63,920 nt of DNA, filler included, from Octopus bimaculoides (GCF_001194135.2; 5 parts of 5 records of this genome joined end to end with filler, not necessarily neighbours in it), one strand, 5' to 3'. Positions 12,012 to 25,209 are shown, counted from the whole stretch's first letter. Notes: generated by a model from the letters alone, not told the origin. Numbers and translations: made by a program.

Positions 12012-12479
12012 ATTCCATCCAAGGATTATTGTTATTATTACTATATATCTATCTATATTATACTAAAGTTGTCAGTTTTCTTGCCATTTGATTAAGATGA
12101 TAAAAATTACAAATAAAATAGTCATTTCCTCCTTTAAGAAAAAGAAATGAAATTGAAAATGTTGACACTTCAGTCGTCAGTAGCTACAGCAGTTTGTCTT
12201 TTTCCTTACTTTCTTTTTTTTTCCCCTTAATCATTTATACAACTTTTGAGTGCCGTGGACTGACAGATAGAAATTCTCCCTATATTTTTATGAGATATGT
12301 TTTGGATCACAGGTACTTAATTTTTTTTTTTTTCTTAAAGGGGAAAATTACTATTTTATTTAAAATAAACTATTAATCTTTATCATCTTAATCAGAAGGC
12401 AGAAAGACAGACAGAGAGACTATCTCTTTATAGACGAAAATCAGTTGCAATGGGAATAGTTGAATCTCATAAGAATGGA

Positions 12480-13094
12480 AAAACAAACAACAACTAATGG
12501 GTTGAACCTTATAATGAAACTCTTTTAAGAGCATTCAATGCCACTGCAATGTTGAAATCATTGCCTCAGTGAGGTCTGTTAAGTACGTCATCAAGTACAC
12601 TGAAAGGAAATGACCAAACAGCTGTTTAAATAAACAATGATAACAAAATTAGTCAATATCTAATGGGTAGGTATATTGGACCATCCAAAGCAGTTGCATC
12701 CATTTGAGGAGTTTCAATTCATGAAAGAGCACCTGCAATAGTGAGGCTGCAAAATCATCTACCACGTGAACAAAGAATATTGCTCAGAAATAATGAGGAT
12801 ATATATGGCTGTCAATGGATGACGTATGAGAACAACAGTGACATTTTTTTTTCTTGTGCATCAAATGATGACTTTGCAAAAACATTACTTTATGCTGAAG
12901 TACCTATGTATTTCACTTGGAACAGTAGCAACAAAGAATGGCAAAGAAGAAAGTGAGGAAAAAAGTTGAAGGCCATTTGAACATTTTCAAAGAAGAAACA
13001 CTAGGTTATATTTATGTTGTCACACCAAAGGCAGGAGAACCGTTTTATTTAAGAATTTTATTGCATGAAGTTCAAAATAGTATTTCTTCCTTTC
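12480..13094 (+). mobile_element. Helitron Rep/helicase fragment, degenerate
   Basis: Translates, with frameshifts, to NWVEPYNETLLRAFNA..NVE..SVKYVIKY..KGND, SQYLMGRYIGPSKAV, IHERAPAIVRLQNHLP, LLYAEVPMYFTWN..KEWQRRK and PKAGEPFYLRILLHEV, all typical Helitron RepHel motifs. A possible 5' terminus A|TCTATCTATATTA lies at 12048. Confidence 0.85.
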
Positions 13095-13394
13095 NNNNNN
13101 NNNNATTCACACACGGCAGTGTGTGAATAATATTCTTAAGGTCAACTTTTACTCTTTCACAGCCAATTTGATGCTTTACCACTAATTCAGTTTTAGCTCA
13201 ATCTTAATTCAGTTTTTTGCACTATGATGAACAAATGGTAAGCTACATTTTGACATAAATAGAAATTTAGTTCAGTAGAAAAAAAGTTATGATAAAAAAC
13301 GATAAAAAATGTAGGGCCAAAACTGGGAGAGTAAACTTTGACTTGTGATTTCTCAGTTATTGAAAGGCAAACTAATTTTTAATTATATAAAAAA

Positions 13395-13735
13395 ATACAA
13401 AATGGGACAAGAATGCAAAACATCCAGACAGTTAAGTGATACAAAAAAGAGACAACAAAACATCCAGATAGGTGATACAAAGAAAACAAGGACAGATCAT
13501 TCGGAGTTTTCTTTCCTCAGTTGAGTTCCAGATTATCTTTGCAATTTCAGCTGGTTGTACTCGAGATTGCTCCAATTTGGCCAGCCCCAAGAAAAAACTA
13601 AGCTAAGAGCATTAAATTCCTTGGAAGAAAGCAGCGAATGTATACGAAAACAAGGACAGAAAAAAAATGGAGAATGTTACACAAATACAAATAACAGGAC
13701 ATAACAAAAGGTGTCTTTTGACTAAGGACTTACAT
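13395..13735 (-). repeat. Interspersed repeat, possibly Penelope-terminal-repeat derived
   Basis: Internal duplication of aaaacatccaga; pyrimidine-rich minus strand with a ctgagga...ccgaa motif. Family assignment is from recall only. Confidence 0.3.
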
Positions 13736-13759
13736 ATTTGATGCCTCGTAAGAGAGAAT

Positions 13760-16440
13760 GTGACATAAGTGGTTTGGTTTCAACAGAACAGATATTCAGT
13801 AAGGATCTAACTGTGTCAGTTATCTTTGTATATGCTCTGCACGCCAGACTCACAGACACTCAGAAGGACCACTTCTACGTATTCCTTCTGAGGACTACCT
13901 TGATGATGAAAGATGATGATATTCTCATCATGGCAGGGGACTTCAATGGACATGTTGGAAAACACACTGATGGATTTCAGGGTGTGCATGGAGGTTATGA
14001 CTTTGGTTTCAGAAATGAAGAGGGGACAAGTCTGCTAGTGTTTTGTGATGCTCATATCTTATTGGTCTGCAACACCAACTTCAGAAAACCTGCAAATCAT
14101 CTGATCATTTATCAATCTGGGGGGCACACCAGCCAGACTAACTACATCTTCATCAGACACAAGGATAGATATATGCTTGTAAATGCAAAAATCTTTTCCA
14201 GGTGAAGAATGTATAACTCAGCATAAGCTAGCAGTTAGTGACTTCAAGCTTAGGACCAGAAAGATCCAGAGACGCAAAACAATATGGTAAAGGAGGTTGT
14301 GGAAGCTCAAGGATCCTTCAACCAGGCAGATTTAGAAATGTCTTTAATGAGGCCTTTGATGAGAAGGAGAAATAGATAGAGACATATGATGTAGAGGACA
14401 ACTGGAAGTTCCTATGGGACAATCTACTAAAGGCAACAGACCAAATCTGTTGTTGGAGCAAAGCCTCTGCCAGACCAAGGGTGATGTGGTGGTGGAACGA
14501 TGACATTGACAGAGTTATAAAAGGGAGAAACAGGTCTGGAAAGAACAGAAAAGAAGGGGTAGCAAAGAATCATATCAGAAAGCTAAAAATGAGGCTAGAC
14601 ATCAGGTTTATCTAGCTAGGGTAGAAGCAGAAAAGAAGAGGTTTGCCATTGTCCTACACTGTGAAGATCAGCGACTTGAAGTGTTCTGAATTGCTAGACA
14701 GTGTATCAGTGAGAATCAAGATATTGTGGGAGAGAAGTGTGTGCAGATTGATAATGGTATGCTTGTACTTAGTGATGTGGACAAGAAAGAGGCATGCAAA
14801 AGTTACAATGCAAGACGTTGAATGTAGAAAAGGAATGGGATAAAAGGAGTCTCCCTTATGTGAACCCAACAGACGGATCAGCTCTCCTAGGGCATAGCAG
14901 TATGGTAGATAAGGCAATTAAAGACATGAAAACTGGGAAGGCCCCTGGTCCATAGGGAATTATGGCCGAGATGCTCAAAACATCTGGTAAGGTAGGATAT
15001 GGGCTGGTCACCCACATAGTTAATCAGGTCAAGAAGTGTAATACCCAGTGGCTGGCATAGTAGCATTATTGTTAGCAGCTACAAGGGTAAGGGTGATGCT
15101 TTGGATAGAAGCAATTATAGAGACATCAAACTCCTAGAACAAGTGATGAAAATTAGGAGCAGAATTAGGTTAGACGAAATGCAGTTCAGCTTTGTCTAGT
15201 GGAGCACTACTAATATTATTTTCATAGTCAGGCAACTGCAACAGAAGTACTTAGCTAAGAATAAACCATTATACTTGGCATTCGTTGAACTAGGGAAAGC
15301 CTTCAATAGAGTACCCCACTGTGTGATATGGTGGGCTCTGAGGAGGCTAGGGATAGACAAGTGGCTTGCGGCAGCTGCACAGGACATGTACAGAGATGTT
15401 GTCAGTAAGGTGAGAGTTAACCATGAGTACAGAAAAGAATTTGGAGTCCAGGTAAAGGTTCGTTAAGATTCAGTCTTCAGTCTCCTTCTTTTAATCATTG
15501 TCTTCCAGGCCAAAAAAAGAAACAGAGGAATTCAAGACCAGCAGCTCCTAAGAACTACTATATCCTGATTATCTTGCCCTCAGAGTCAGAAGAAAAATTC
15601 CAAGTGTGGAAGCAAAACCTGGAATCTAAGGGTCTTATAGTTAACTTAGCAAAGACTAAGGTCCTAATAAACAAGAAAACAGACAGGACCCTACTCCCTT
15701 CAGGTAGGTAGCCCTGTTCAATTTGTAAGAAAGGTGTAAGCAGGAACTCCATATGATGTACCCAGTGTAAGCTTTGAACACACAAGAGGTGCAGTGGATT
15801 AATAGGAAGGTTATCAGAGAAGGTAGGGTTCGTATGTGGAAGATGCACAGGATTCATAAAAACTGCAGAGACTCAGGAAATTAATTCTCTCAAATGCCCT
15901 GGTGACTCATTAGAGGTAGTAGATAATTTCTGCTACCTAGGAGACCAAATTAATAGTAGGAGAGGATGCACAGAAAATGTGACAGCTAGAATAAGAATAG
16001 GATGGAGGAAATTCAGAGAGCTGTTACCTCTAAAGGTTTCTCTCTCTGAGTGAAAGGAAGGTTGTATGATGCATGTATATGGACAACAATTCTACATGGT
16101 AGTGAGACATGGGCTCTGAATGCAGAAACCATGTGAAGATTAGAGAAGAATAAGGCTAGTATGCTCCACTGGATGTATAATGTAAGTGTACATGTTTAAC
16201 AGAGTATAGGCATAAGAGGAATTAGATGCTGTGTACAGAAGAGAAGACTGCACTGGTTTGGTCATGTTTTGTGGATGGATGCTGACAGCTCCATAAGGAT
16301 GTGCCAATCTCTCAAAGTGGATGGAACATGTGAAAGTGGGAGACCCAGAAAAACACAAGATAAAGTACCAAAGGATGACCTCAGGATCCTGAACCTTTTG
16401 AGCAAGATGCCTGGCACCTTGCTGTACTCCAGAAGACCCT
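13760..16440 (+). mobile_element. RTE-clade LINE (APE endonuclease + RT), 5'-truncated, many stops and frameshifts
   Basis: APE: MAGDFNGHVG..GVHGG..FGFRNEEG..NTNFRKP. RT: KMKTGKAPGP, NYRDIKLLEQVMK, AFVELGKAFNRVP, FCYLGDQI, LHGSETW, RRLHWFGHV. Confidence 0.93.
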
Positions 16441-16462
16441 GTAGTGTACTTCTCTCTCTCTC

Positions 16463-17440
16463 TGTTATATATACATGAGTGCGGACATAGTGGTTAACAG
16501 CTAGCCTTCGGCCGCATCTTTGGACCCTGTTGTGTCCACCACTCTGATTGGTTGGTATTGGCACATTTTGTCTCTTGTTCTATTTCACGCCAGGGTGCAA
16601 CCCAACCAATTGCAGCCTTCAGATAAGGTCACGTGAGACAGCCTTTTCTGAACCTCAGTTGAGCCGATAGTATGGTATAAAATATAGCTTTCCATCTTCC
16701 TGTTTGTCAGTCAGTTTTTGACCTTCTGAGGTCTAGCCGCTGACCACAGAGCACACAGCCAGTTCCAGCGAAGACACAACACAGCTTCATGGAGATCCAA
16801 CACTTCATTCAATAGCTTACTGCAAACTCCTTCATCGCCACCGCCAGCGTCTACGCCAACTTCTCTACGTACACACCAACCAGCAACACTTGCACAGCTT
16901 TTCTCCACGCTGTTTGTGAAATGCTTCACCATGGTTAACAGCGAATACAACCTGCGAGAACTCCTGTACCAAGTAACCGGCCGCAGCATTGAAGCCTCAA
17001 CTTCTTACACAACATTTATCTTTCTTCAGCTCTGCCTTGTTGCCACAACTTTTTGATACAGCACTTCAACTACTGTGTACCTTGGATACGAATTGGTATT
17101 TCCCACCTTTGTGCCTGGACCTTCTTACAGACTCTTCTATGCTCTGTATTTCTCTCACACACATACATCTATGTTTGTATACACATACTCTTTGTTTACA
17201 TGATGGCCTGTCTATTATTGTATTTATTATGTCGCACTCACACACACAGACATACAAGTTGACATATCAATAAAACCTCTTAAACCTTCTACCGGTTGTG
17301 TCTCTCTTTTCCTTTTTGGCACTTATATACATTTAACCTCTTTTTGTGTTTTTTTTATTTGTGTCAACCATGTGATGCGCTAAAGGAGCCATTCCTCGTC
17401 ACCATCTCCTGGTTGCACAGTCATTACAACCCATACTCCA
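16463..17440 (+). mobile_element. Possible solo LTR or LTR-like insertion inside the RTE 3' region
   Basis: About 1 kb non-coding block starting TG, TATA-like gtataaaa near 16676, AATAAA near 17269, CA-ending candidates at about 17428-17440. It separates the RTE RT end from its family B module. No TSD found. Confidence 0.3.
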
Positions 17441-17489
17441 CAGCAGAAGTGTTAAGGTCACACCCCTTGGTGAAGAGGATTGGCCTGCA

Positions 17490-17718
17490 AGAGTCCTGTG
17501 CCAGTGCCCCATAAAAAGCACTTGTGCTGATGTCACATAAGAGCACTTGTGTGGTACCACATAAAAGCACCCAGCATACTCTGTAAAGTGGTTGGCATTT
17601 GGAAAGGCATCCAGCCATAGAAACCGTATCAAATCAGACAGGATCCTGGTGCAGCTCTCCTACTTGCCAGCTCTGTTCAAACTGTCCAACTCATAGACAT
17701 TAAATGATGATGATGATA
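17490..17718 (+). mobile_element. Family B 3' module with three tandem gtgcc-cataaaa-gcac units
   Basis: gtggttggcatttggaaaggcatccagcc...cattaaatgatgatgatg. Confidence 0.85.
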
Positions 17719-18420
17719 TTAGGATAGAATTTGGGATTAAAAAGTGTGGTATGCTTTTCCTGAAAAAAGGAAAAGTAGTGTCCTCTAATGGTTTAGAACT
17801 ACCCAATGGTGAGAGAATCAAGGATGTTGAAGTGGATGGATACAAGTATCTGGGTATTTTTTAGACTATGACAAAATCAAGGAGAATGAGATGAAGGAAA
17901 GCTTTAGGCAAGAATACCTTACAAAACTAAATTAATTATGGACAGTAAAGTCAATGGAAAAAACAAGATTAGGGCAATGAATACGCAGGCTGTTTCCTTA
18001 ATGCAATACAGTGCAGATGTTGGACAAAGGACCAACTTGATGAAATGGATGGAAAAACCAGTGAAGTGATGCCAATTTACATGGAACTGCACAGTAAAGC
18101 AATATTGATAGACTGTATGTGCCTAAATACAAGCAAGGGAGGAAGAGGTCCCATAGGATGCAAGATCTGTGTTGTCAATGAAGAAAACAGCCTGGGATGA
18201 TATGTCAAACAACAGACTGAACCTTTGGTTGTTGCTGTTAGAAACAGCAACATGATACCTAGTGAAAATGTGACATACCCAAAATCATTTAAGAAACAAG
18301 ATAAAGAGAAAAGCTTAAACAACTGGTAAATGAAATCAATGCATGGGCAATACCTCAAAGAAATGGAAGAGAAAGACAAGACCAAAATCTAGAGGTGACT
18401 AGGGAAAAGTGATCTGAAAG
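17714..18420 (+). mobile_element. R4/Dong-clade LINE, RT C-terminal fragment
   Basis: DIRIEFGIKKCGMLFLKKGKVV..GLELPNG..YKYLGI; KVNGKNKIRAMNTQAVSLMQYSA; IDRLYVPK; MHGQYLKE..WLGKSDLK. Confidence 0.85.
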
Positions 18421-18439
18421 GATAATTCATATTACATAA

Positions 18440-18612
18440 GGGGAGGGGATAATTCAATTACATTGACTGCAGTGCTCAACTGGTACTTATTTTATTGACC
18501 CCAAAAGGATGAAAGGCAAAGTCAACCTCAACGGAATTTGAACTCAGAATGTAGAGATAGACAAAATGCTGCTAAGTATTTTGCTCAGCTGCTGACAATT
18601 CTGCCAGCTCAC
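18440..18612 (-). mobile_element. SINE family D; further copies at about 18860-19080(-), 42115-42320(+), 42745-42960(+), 45235-45440(-), 63675-63815(-)
   Basis: Shared ggtacttattttattgaccccgaaaggatgaaaggcaaagtcgacctcggcggaatttgaactcagaa core, or its reverse complement. Confidence 0.85.
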
Positions 18613-18620
18613 CATCTTAA

Positions 18621-18839
18621 TCCTTTAACATTCAGATTATTCTATCAAATGTAATACTTATTTATCCATATTGTTTTGAGTTAATCATGCATTATTTCAT
18701 AGCTTCAAGATTTCGATGATGTGATTACTTACTTTTAGAATGACATTATAGGTTGGTGTGAGAAACCAAATCTGGGTAGTTTTGATATAAAACAGGTAAA
18801 TTATTTGGGCCGGATATGGTTGGTTTAAATATTAAAGGG
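18621..18839. mobile_element. piggyBac-type MITE (219 bp)
   Basis: TTAA at 18617-18620 and 18840-18843 flank imperfect TIRs (t/c)cctttaacatt ... aatattaaaggg. Confidence 0.8.
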
Positions 18840-19353
18840 TTAAACAACAACAACAATTCTTTCTAGTAATGGTTTCATATTTTGGCACAATGTCTGCAAT
18901 TTTACAGGAGTGGGTAAATCAATCACTTCAACTGCAACACTCAACCAGTACTTATTTAAATAATCCTGAAAGGATGAAAAGCAAAGCTGACCACGGCAGA
19001 ATTTGGACTCATAACGTAAAGAGCCAGAAGAAATACCACTAAGCATTTTATCCAATGTGCTAATGAGTCTTCCAGTTTGCTGATATTATAAGTGATAATA
19101 AGAACTTCAAGAAATCAGCCAATCACCTATCAATCTGGTGGGCACACAAACCAGATTGATTATAGAAAACAGGATGGACAGCTGCTTGAGAATGCAAAGT
19201 CCTTCTGAGGTGAGCAAAGTACAACCCAACATAGGTTAGTAGCTAGTGACTGAAATTAGAACTGAAAGAACTTAGAGATGCAAACCAGTTTGAAAAAGGA
19301 AGTTAAGGAAGCTTAAAGATATAGTGAACAGTCAGAAATTTAGAGAAGTACTA

Positions 19354-20524
19354 TTGTGTTGGGTCATAAATAATTTCCGATTTTGTTAAACACCTTTGCT
19401 CATGAAAAATTTTTACAAAGAATTATTTTCAACTTTCAGTATAGTTGACATTATTTTGAATGACTTCTTGTCATTTATCAGGCAGCTTTTTGATTTACTT
19501 GATACAAAGAAGCTTTCCACATACGTTTTCAGTCAATCTGCTTGAGAAAATTTTTTCCCCATCAGAGGATTTTGTAGAGAGCAAAAAAGATGGAAATCAG
19601 TTGGTGCAAGGTCTGGTAAGCATGGCATATGGAGTAGAACAGACCAACTCAAATCCAATATTTTATTCTGCATGATTCTTGCTGAATATGGTCTTGCATT
19701 ATCATGAAGTACAATGTTTCTGCTACTGACTAGTGCAGGGCGTTTTCTTAAAAGATTTTCATGCGCACGTTGCAGCCATTGAGAGTATAAGTCAGCATTT
19801 AGTGTTTGATTGTGGTTTAAAAATTCAAAATGAATAATACTGCAGTTATCCCACCATACACACAACATAACCTTCCTTCTATGGAGCTCAGCCTTTGAGG
19901 TAGGTTGTGGAGATTTATCTTTGTCAATCCACTGCCTTTTGCATTGAACATTGTCATAAAAGACCCATTTCTCATTACCTGTAATGACATTGAGAAAAGG
20001 TGTCATTTCTTTGCCTTGAAAGAAAACTTGTCACTATGGACAGGTGAACTTCTCTATTCTTCTCACTAAGAGTATGGGGAATCCAAACATGCCGATTTTA
20101 CCTATCTTTTCCAAGTGGCGGTAAATTATGGATAGGGATGTGTTAAGGTCAATTGCTAATTCCTAAGTACTTTTACAAGGATTGAATTCCATCAAATCTC
20201 TTAAAGCATTTTGATTGAAGTCTGATAAGTGTCCTGGTTTGAACTGATTTCTCAAAAACAAATCTCTGGAAAGAAACTTTGAAAACCAATTTCACACTTG
20301 CCACTCAGAAATGACACCTTGGCAAATCTTCTTAGCTGTTTCTGTGGCATTTTTTCCATTCTTAGACTCCCCCAACATCACATGTCAAACATGCACTTTC
20401 AGTTCATCCATTTTAGGGGAGTGAAATTTAATATTAAACTATGGTAATTTTAAACATCTGAAGTTCAAAATGCATCATTACAATTTATTTCCAAAAAATG
20501 GAAATTATTTATGAGTTGACCCAA
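19354..20524 (-). mobile_element. Mariner (DD34D-type) transposon, degenerate
   Basis: ORF 19533-20006: ITGNEKWVFYDN..RQW..KVMLCVWWD..HFEFL..LHDNARPY..PDLAPTDFHLF. Diverged TIRs share tcataaataatttcc; TA at 19352-53 and 20525-26. Confidence 0.93.
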
Positions 20525-21136
20525 TAGTTGAAATATTTGATGAGAAGATAGAGATTTATAATATTGAGAACTGGAAGTTCCTTCAGAACAACTTATTGAG
20601 GGCAACAGACCAAATCTGTGGCTGGTGCAATGTTCTAGCCAGACCAAGGGTGACATGGTAGTGGAATAGGATGATAACAGGTTTGGATGGATGGGAAGAA
20701 TAAGGATATAAGAATAGCTAGAAAGTAAGATAGGAAATAGGTCCATCTAGCAATGGGAGATGCAGAAAGGAAAAGCTTTGCTAATGTTCTGTGGCATGTG
20801 GATTAGAAGCATGAAGTGTTCCAGATTGCAAGAGAGTGTATTAGAGAAAGTTGTGATGTGGGAGAGAAGTGCATACAGATGGTTGTGCTACTATAAAAAG
20901 CTAATGTGGATAATATATGGGGGAAAGAGAGCCTTCTTAACGTGGGCCTAACAGGGGGAACAGCTATCCCAGTTAACCTCAGTATAATAGATAAAACAAT
21001 TAAGGATATGAAGAAAGAGTAGGCCCCAGGCCAATCAGGAATTACCACAAAGATGCTTAAAATTTCTGGTGGAGTGGAGTATGGCTTCATCACCCATATA
21101 ACCTATCTAGTTAATTAGGTTGTGCAGGGAGGTAGT

Positions 21137-21340
21137 GAGAGCATGGGGCCTAGTTGCTAGGGTGTTGCACTTGTGATTGCAAGATCAAGGTTTCAATTCC
21201 CAGATTAGATAGTGCATTGTATTCTTGAGCAAAACACTTCATTTCATGTTGCTCTGCAATCACTTTGACCCCTAACAAGTAGTACACTGTGCACCTGTAC
21301 AAGCAATGTTAATTTGATGGAGAGAGTGAGCTCATGTACA
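21137..21340 (+). mobile_element. tRNA-derived SINE (another copy on minus at about 36920-37105)
   Basis: gcatggggcctagttgctaggg...ggtttcaattccc head; ttgagcaaaacacttcatttcatgttgctc body mirrored at 36985-37015. Confidence 0.75.
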
Positions 21341-23559
21341 GTTAACTATTAAAAAAAATCATTTGTGCTGGTTGTTCAGCAAGAAACTGCAGAATCATCT
21401 TTTTCAGAGTTGAGAGACTACTAACAAAAGAAACAGAAAGGTATCATACCCAACAAATGGTGTTGCAGCATTGTAGTCAACTGTTACTTGAGTAAAGAAG
21501 AGGTCTTACACAGAAGTAATTACAGAGGAATCAAATTGCTGGACCAGGTCACGAAAGTTACAGTTTATTACTTAGGTGATCTAATTAGCAGTGAAGGAAG
21601 TTGTTCTAAAAGTATAGTAGCTAGAATAAGAGTAGGATGGAAAAAGTTCAAAGAGCTAGTACCTCTGTTGGCAACAAAAGGTCTATCATTCAGCGTGAAA
21701 GATCAACTGCATGATACTTGTATACAAACAACAAAGAAGAGTGGGAGATAAAGGGGAGAGGAATACAGTGAATGGTGAACACTAGTGGAAGGAAATGGGT
21801 TAGAAAATTTGCTACCTGGTTGTGAAAGGTGAGCTGTGAATGTGGAGGAAATGTAAAAGCTTGAAAGAAACCAAGCTAGCAGGCTCTACTAGACATGCAA
21901 CATCAATGTACATGTATATAATAAAATGTAGATGTATTGAAAGAAAAATTGGGCATAAGAGGCGACAGAAGTAGTGTGCAAGAGAGAAGACTGGTTATGT
22001 GATGCATATGGATGAAGGCAGTTGCATACAGAAATGCAGGTCACTAAATGTGAATGGAATCTGTGAAAAAGGGGGACCCAGGACAAAGTGGTAAAAATGA
22101 TCTCTGGATGTTGAGACTCACAGAGATGACAAAGGACCAAGATGATTGCCAATTTGCTGTGCTTGAGAAGACCCATTCATCAAAGTAAAAATGAAGTCCT
22201 AAAGACAGGTTATTTATGTCTATGCACCTATATACAATGTCCCTGACAAATCTCTCCCCAACAACTCATTTTCTAACCCATTCCCTTCCACTATTGTTCA
22301 CCATTCACTGCATTCCTCTCTCCTTTATCTCCCACTCTTCTTTGGCACTCATGCAAATTTACCTGCCTACTCATCCTGTTTAACTCTCTTTACCTGTTAT
22401 GAATTATAATATCCTATCATTAATTCCTTTCTACAATAGTAAATAATAGATAAAAATATAGATATCTTATTTTATATTGAGTACAAAAATGTGGCATAGT
22501 GTTGAATGATGTTGATAGATGGATACTGTCTTAACCTAATATAAAACAACGCGTTTTAATCATTGGACAGCCGTGATTAACAGATTAATGAGCAGAATAA
22601 AGCTTGAATAAAAGCATTCTTTGAGCTGGTTTATGACAATACCACTTATATTCACTTCCCTGTAACTTGAAGGTATGCCCCAAAACATCACCATCTCTCC
22701 TTTCTCTTTCCAACTGGGATAGCCATGTATTTCTTCTACAGCAAGAGACATCTATTTATATCCCTCTGTCATACTTTATTTAAACTCTTATCATCTGGCA
22801 TAAAAACCATCTCTCTCAATACAACAACCTTGCTTGTTTGAAGGGTCTTTGTCTTGCAAGTTACTTGATCTCACTGATGTTGGTATCATATGAAAAGTAC
22901 CCATTACGCTTGGTAAAGCGGTTGACATTAGGAAAGACATCCAGCTGTAGAAACCATGCCAAAGTAAACAGTAGAGCCTTGAACAGTCTTCTGACTCGCC
23001 AGCTCCTGTCAAACTGTCCATCCTAGACTAGCATGGAACTGTAGGTTAGTCCGGTCTACAAAGGGCATTCCAGCAAATTACTGTATCTTCATCAACTTGC
23101 TGGGGTCTTCTGACAATTTCCATCCCATACACAATGACCTGTTTTACATTGTCCATTAAATGATATTATCATCATAAAAACCCTTTACCTAATTGGCCTG
23201 GTTTATAAGTTGGTGTACAAAGAGTCTTTGCATCTGTGTGAATTTGAGGAGGATAAGAGAGTGTAAGAAAGAGAGAGATGGGGGAGAAGAGAAGGAGGGA
23301 GGCAAGTAGCCAGTTTTCAAAGGAATATTATATGTAAGCATATATGTGTTAGGAGAAAGGAAGATGATAAGAGAATGAGAGGGGAGAGATGGGAAGAAAG
23401 GTAGGGTGACAAAAACAGGAAGAAAGGTATAAGGGAAGTGAAACAAAAAGCAAATAAGGCTACAAGGTGATTAGAGGATAAAAATGAGTCAGAGCATATA
23501 AGAAAGAAAGAAAATAACTTCAAATGAGGTAGACACCAGTCCTGACAGCAAGGTGGAAC

Positions 23560-24740
23560 TCAACCAATAAGTCAAAATGTACTTCCATTCATGTGGCAAG
23601 AAAGTTTTGTTTCTAGAGTTCAAGAGTCCTCCCACCCTACAATTCCTTAAGTGAAATGATTGTTCAGCATGATTCTTTTCTCTGCCAAACAGAACTTGCA
23701 TCAGCTGCTGTTAAGATATGGCAACACCTTTCCAGCAGTCTCCAGCTGACTGTTGATGCAGTTTTTTTTCCCATCAATAATGATATATATCTGCCTAAAG
23801 TTGTGACATTACACCTCTATTGGAACTGTAGGTTAGTCTGGTCTTCAAAGGGCATTCCAGCAAATCTCTGTACCTGCATCAACCTGCTGGGGTCCTCTGA
23901 CAATTTCCATCCCATACACAATGACCTCTGTTTTACATTGTCCGTTTAGCAGCCTGTTTAGTGGGCAGGTGACATAACCTCTGTATGAACAGCCTGTCTC
24001 TATGTTTTGTTTAGACTATTCACTAAAATTTACTTCATATTGTGTGTACAGCTAAACAAGGCCCTCAAAGTATGCCTCTTGAACAGCATTCTATATATGT
24101 CAGTGAAAAGTGATTGTGTATTAATCTAAAAAAAGTTTTACCTATGCAAGTCTTAACATTGAGAGAATGAGGGGTGCAAACCAATTGACTTTATGATAGC
24201 ACATCCTTTTAGTAGGGCTAAGGGTAGGTACATAACTAATGCAGTCTTTGAAACCACTAACAACTAGGGCTTTGTTGTAGTAAGTATTGGAAGATCCTTA
24301 CCAGAAGAAAGGTTGGAAATCCATTGACAGATACTATTCATGAAATTTTTGAAAACTAGTGAGATGACAGCAAACAGTGATAATGCACATTAGAATTTTG
24401 TTTGGATTGTGGAAGGGTTTATATGAATATGTGCCTAGCTTCAGCATCACACATATAAAAAAGTTTGCTATTATCTGGTTTGTCTCTATTGTAATTCTAA
24501 GCCAGAGATAATGGATCATATACTTCCTCAGACTATCTAGGATGTTGCTTTTCACACCTCTGGATATAGGCAAAGTTTCATCTCTATATATGCCAAAACT
24601 ATTTGAGGGGAATTTCCTACCTAGTGTACCTATAATATAATGGCTGTTTGCATGATCAAAGGTTCCCATTGTCACAAGGTTTTCCTGGCAAGCATTTGTC
24701 CTTAATGCTAATGACAGCAGAGATTTCAGCAATGCTGAAT
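23560..24740 (-). mobile_element. Penelope-like retroelement remnant: RT palm/thumb + linker + GIY-YIG endonuclease
   Basis: VTMGTFD, FGIYRDE (YRDD), LRITIETNQIIANF, YKPFHNPN, WISNLSS..YYNKALVVSGF, then CPLN..C..VIVY, TTLGRYI..VSWRLL..RCKFCLAEKRIML..LLNSRN; collinear with PLE RT and GIY-YIG domains, many frameshifts. Confidence 0.8.
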
Positions 24741-24994
24741 TCCTAATATAATAGGCTTCTTGATATAGACAGATAAAAATTCAAAATATCAAAGTAGGTA
24801 GCTCTTGCTCTACTCCCACCAGGGTTACCTAATGTCATCATTCATCCTTTTAAGCTGGTGTTTGTTCACTAACCCAATCTCTAACTTACCCATATATAGA
24901 ACTTAATTTCTAATACTGCATAAATAATATACCAATTCTATATATACCTTATATTGAATGTGCTCTTTTTTCCTGACATGAAACTTACTGGGGC

Positions 24995-25039
<45 letters not shown>

Positions 25040-25209
25040 GGAGTAAGCAGATAAATGTGAAACAAATGGAAAAAAGAGTACTCAAATATCAGAGGTAAAG
25101 TAATGTGCTTTATTTAAAAGCAGCAAAAATATCACAAAAGCTGTTACACAGAGTCTCACGTTCCCATTCCTCGGACAGTTTTGTTAAAATGGGAACGTGA
25201 AACTCTGAC

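Larger units (their letters stand above)
19100..22185 (+). mobile_element. Second RTE LINE remnant, interrupted by a mariner (19354-20524), a SINE (about 21137-21340) and a 76-bp insert; RT core internally deleted
   Basis: APE end aligns with 14085-14330 and the sequence resumes after the mariner as at 14350-14500. NYRGIKLLDQVTKV is fused directly to YYLGDLISS; the 3' end matches other RTE copies. Confidence 0.88.
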
